Shown: positions 62,415 to 64,000 of the stretch, one piece after another | Layout: each line of letters opens with the position of its first letter | Numbering within the stretch: the stretch's first letter is position 1 | Assembly (NCBI RefSeq): GCF_009914755.1 | Contig: NC_060941.1 | DNA: 64,000 bases | Source of the DNA: the human T2T-CHM13v2.0 reference genome, Homo sapiens | Strand: one strand, 5' to 3' | Translations under genes and position numbers: made by a program | The notes under the pieces: generated by a model | The model's database searches: none | What the model was told of the DNA's origin: nothing | What the model saw: only the letters and a program-made list of their open reading frames with translations

Positions 62415-63163
62415 CTGTGAATGATAAATGTTTATATTTATTATACTTTAAATTATACTAGAGTCAATAAAATTAGCAACCTAATTAAATCAATCAATCT
62501 ACTTAATGTCAAACTTTAGTTCAGAGTTTTGCATACGATTAAGTAAGCCCTACAGGTAGAAATTGGAGTAGCTTTGTATTACGAGGCATAAAATCTTAGT
62601 CACCTGAAGATATTACTATTCTCAAAAGCACTTGCTTTACAGTATAAGAAAATCTTTCTGACCCTTAGGATTAAGAGATTACTTCAAAAATGACCAAGTC
62701 AATAAATATGGAAATGATAAATTTGAAGTTACATCATGTAACAGTCCTTGGTATTTTTTGATCACGAGAGAAAAGAGATCTAAAAGGTGCAAAAGAGAGA
62801 GACAGAGGGAGAGAGAGAGGCAGAGAAAGAAAGAGGGAAAGAGAGAAATTATGAAGATTGGCAGGTAATTTAAAAGAAGGAAATTATTCTAAAATAATGA
62901 TATATTTAAATAAAATTTATTTTTAAAACTAATCTCAAAAGAGATCATTCCAATTCAAATTATTGTACTTTATTCTCTAAATCTCATTAGCATCAATCTC
63001 TATTAAGATAAATAAAATGTAAAATTATACAATGCGATAAAAGAATCAGAAAAGATGACCTGCATTTCTGAGTTTTATTTTTTTAATTGACTCTCAATGA
63101 TACATCTGAATCAAGAAAACTGTGTTTGACCATTGTTCTTCTGTGTAGAAATACAAGACTCAC

Positions 63164-63256
63164 CCTTAGTTGTTGCTTTCTTTGAAGTTCTGATTCCTGT
63201 AACTGCTGTTTTAATTGACAGACATTCTGCTCTAATTCTTCAATCATACTAGATGC
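63164..63256 (-). CDS. CEP112: CEP112 coding exon, 93 nt (ASSMIEELEQNVCQLKQQLQESELQRKQQLR)
   Basis: Acceptor ttgtag| and donor |gtgagt. 31 codons without a stop, phase 0-0, coiled-coil sequence matching recalled CEP112. Confidence 0.95.
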
Positions 63257-63419
63257 CTACAAGGATTTTAAGAAGAATAAAAAGCAGAATATTGATTTTT
63301 GTACCATATTATACTTTCTGATTGAAAAAATATGCCTTTTGTACCCCTGAAAGTCCAATCAGAATTAAAATTATCTAGAAATTTGAATGAAAAATGTTTT
63401 TAAAAGATACTAGAAAAAA

Positions 63420-63577
63420 TAATCTTTTAAAGTAAAAATATAAATTAAATGCAGCATAGTATTAAATATTATGAAAATGTAATGCTGACATAAAAATATA
63501 ATCTTTTAAAGTAAAAACAGAAATTAAATGCTACATAATATTTAATGTTATGGAAATGTAACACTGACATAAAAATA
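63420..63577 (+). repeat. Diverged 79-bp tandem duplication
   Basis: taatcttttaaagtaaaaa...ctgacataaaaata occurs at 63420 and again at 63499. Confidence 0.9.
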
Positions 63578-63973
63578 ATAGCTTTACAGAAAACTTCAAA
63601 ATTTTAACTATAAAATGAAAGCAGAACCAAGATTTCAAAACAATAATAACGCATATAGTTACTCTATGAAATGTATTATTCATACAACTAAGCATTGGAA
63701 TTTATATGTTTCCTCCTTTTAAGACTGGCACTTAAAATGATTAGCTTATAGCAGAATTCAGTTTATTAAATATTTGTGTTGTGCTATATAGTAGACATTT
63801 CAAATTTTAAACATTTTAAATACCAGTAAAAATTCCTGAAGTTCCTGTTAATTTAAGAATAAAGTGAAAGAGAGATTAATTTCAAATGCCAAATAATTTC
63901 TACTTGGCTATCTATGGCTCTAGGCTTAGTGAATAAATACTTCATGTGGATTATCTATTAACATAAATAATAC

Positions 63974-64000
63974 CTTAGAAGCTGAAAGAGCATGTTCTTG
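63974..64000 (-). CDS. CEP112: CEP112 coding exon, 3' part only (QEHALSASK), runs off the window end
   Basis: Minus strand reads CAA GAA CAT GCT CTT TCA GCT TCT AAG|gtatta. GT donor at 63973-63972, phase 0, joins the next exon to give the recalled CEP112 sequence HALSASKASSMIEE. Confidence 0.9.

Overview
Primate (most likely human) genomic DNA lying entirely inside the centrosomal coiled-coil gene CEP112 (CCDC46), transcribed on the minus strand. Four coding exons are visible (63974->64000 partial, 63164-63256, 62355-62414, 40537-40616). They splice in frame to ...QEHALSASK|ASSMIEELEQNVCQLKQQLQESELQRKQQLR|DQENKFQMEKSHLKHIYEKK|AHDLQSELDKGKEDTQKKIHKFEEALK. The rest is intron filled with about 20 Alus, many L1 fragments, MaLR LTRs (MSTB, THE1C), DNA transposons (MER1B, MER2B, a Jerky-like Tigger fossil) and a NUTF2 processed pseudogene inserted into an L1. 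The most unusual feature is a ~2.5 kb self-complementary, alternating purine-pyrimidine array (4051-6561). It places roughly 70 UGCAUG (RBFOX-type) motifs in the pre-mRNA and contains a duplicated Alu junction. Also notable are a 305-bp non-tandem duplication with strongly one-directional T/C differences, a candidate in-frame alternative terminal exon, and two snap-back templated insertions inside Alus. No novel protein-coding gene is supported. Gene and repeat identities come from recalled sequences, repeat subfamily calls and boundaries are approximate, and counts were done by hand.
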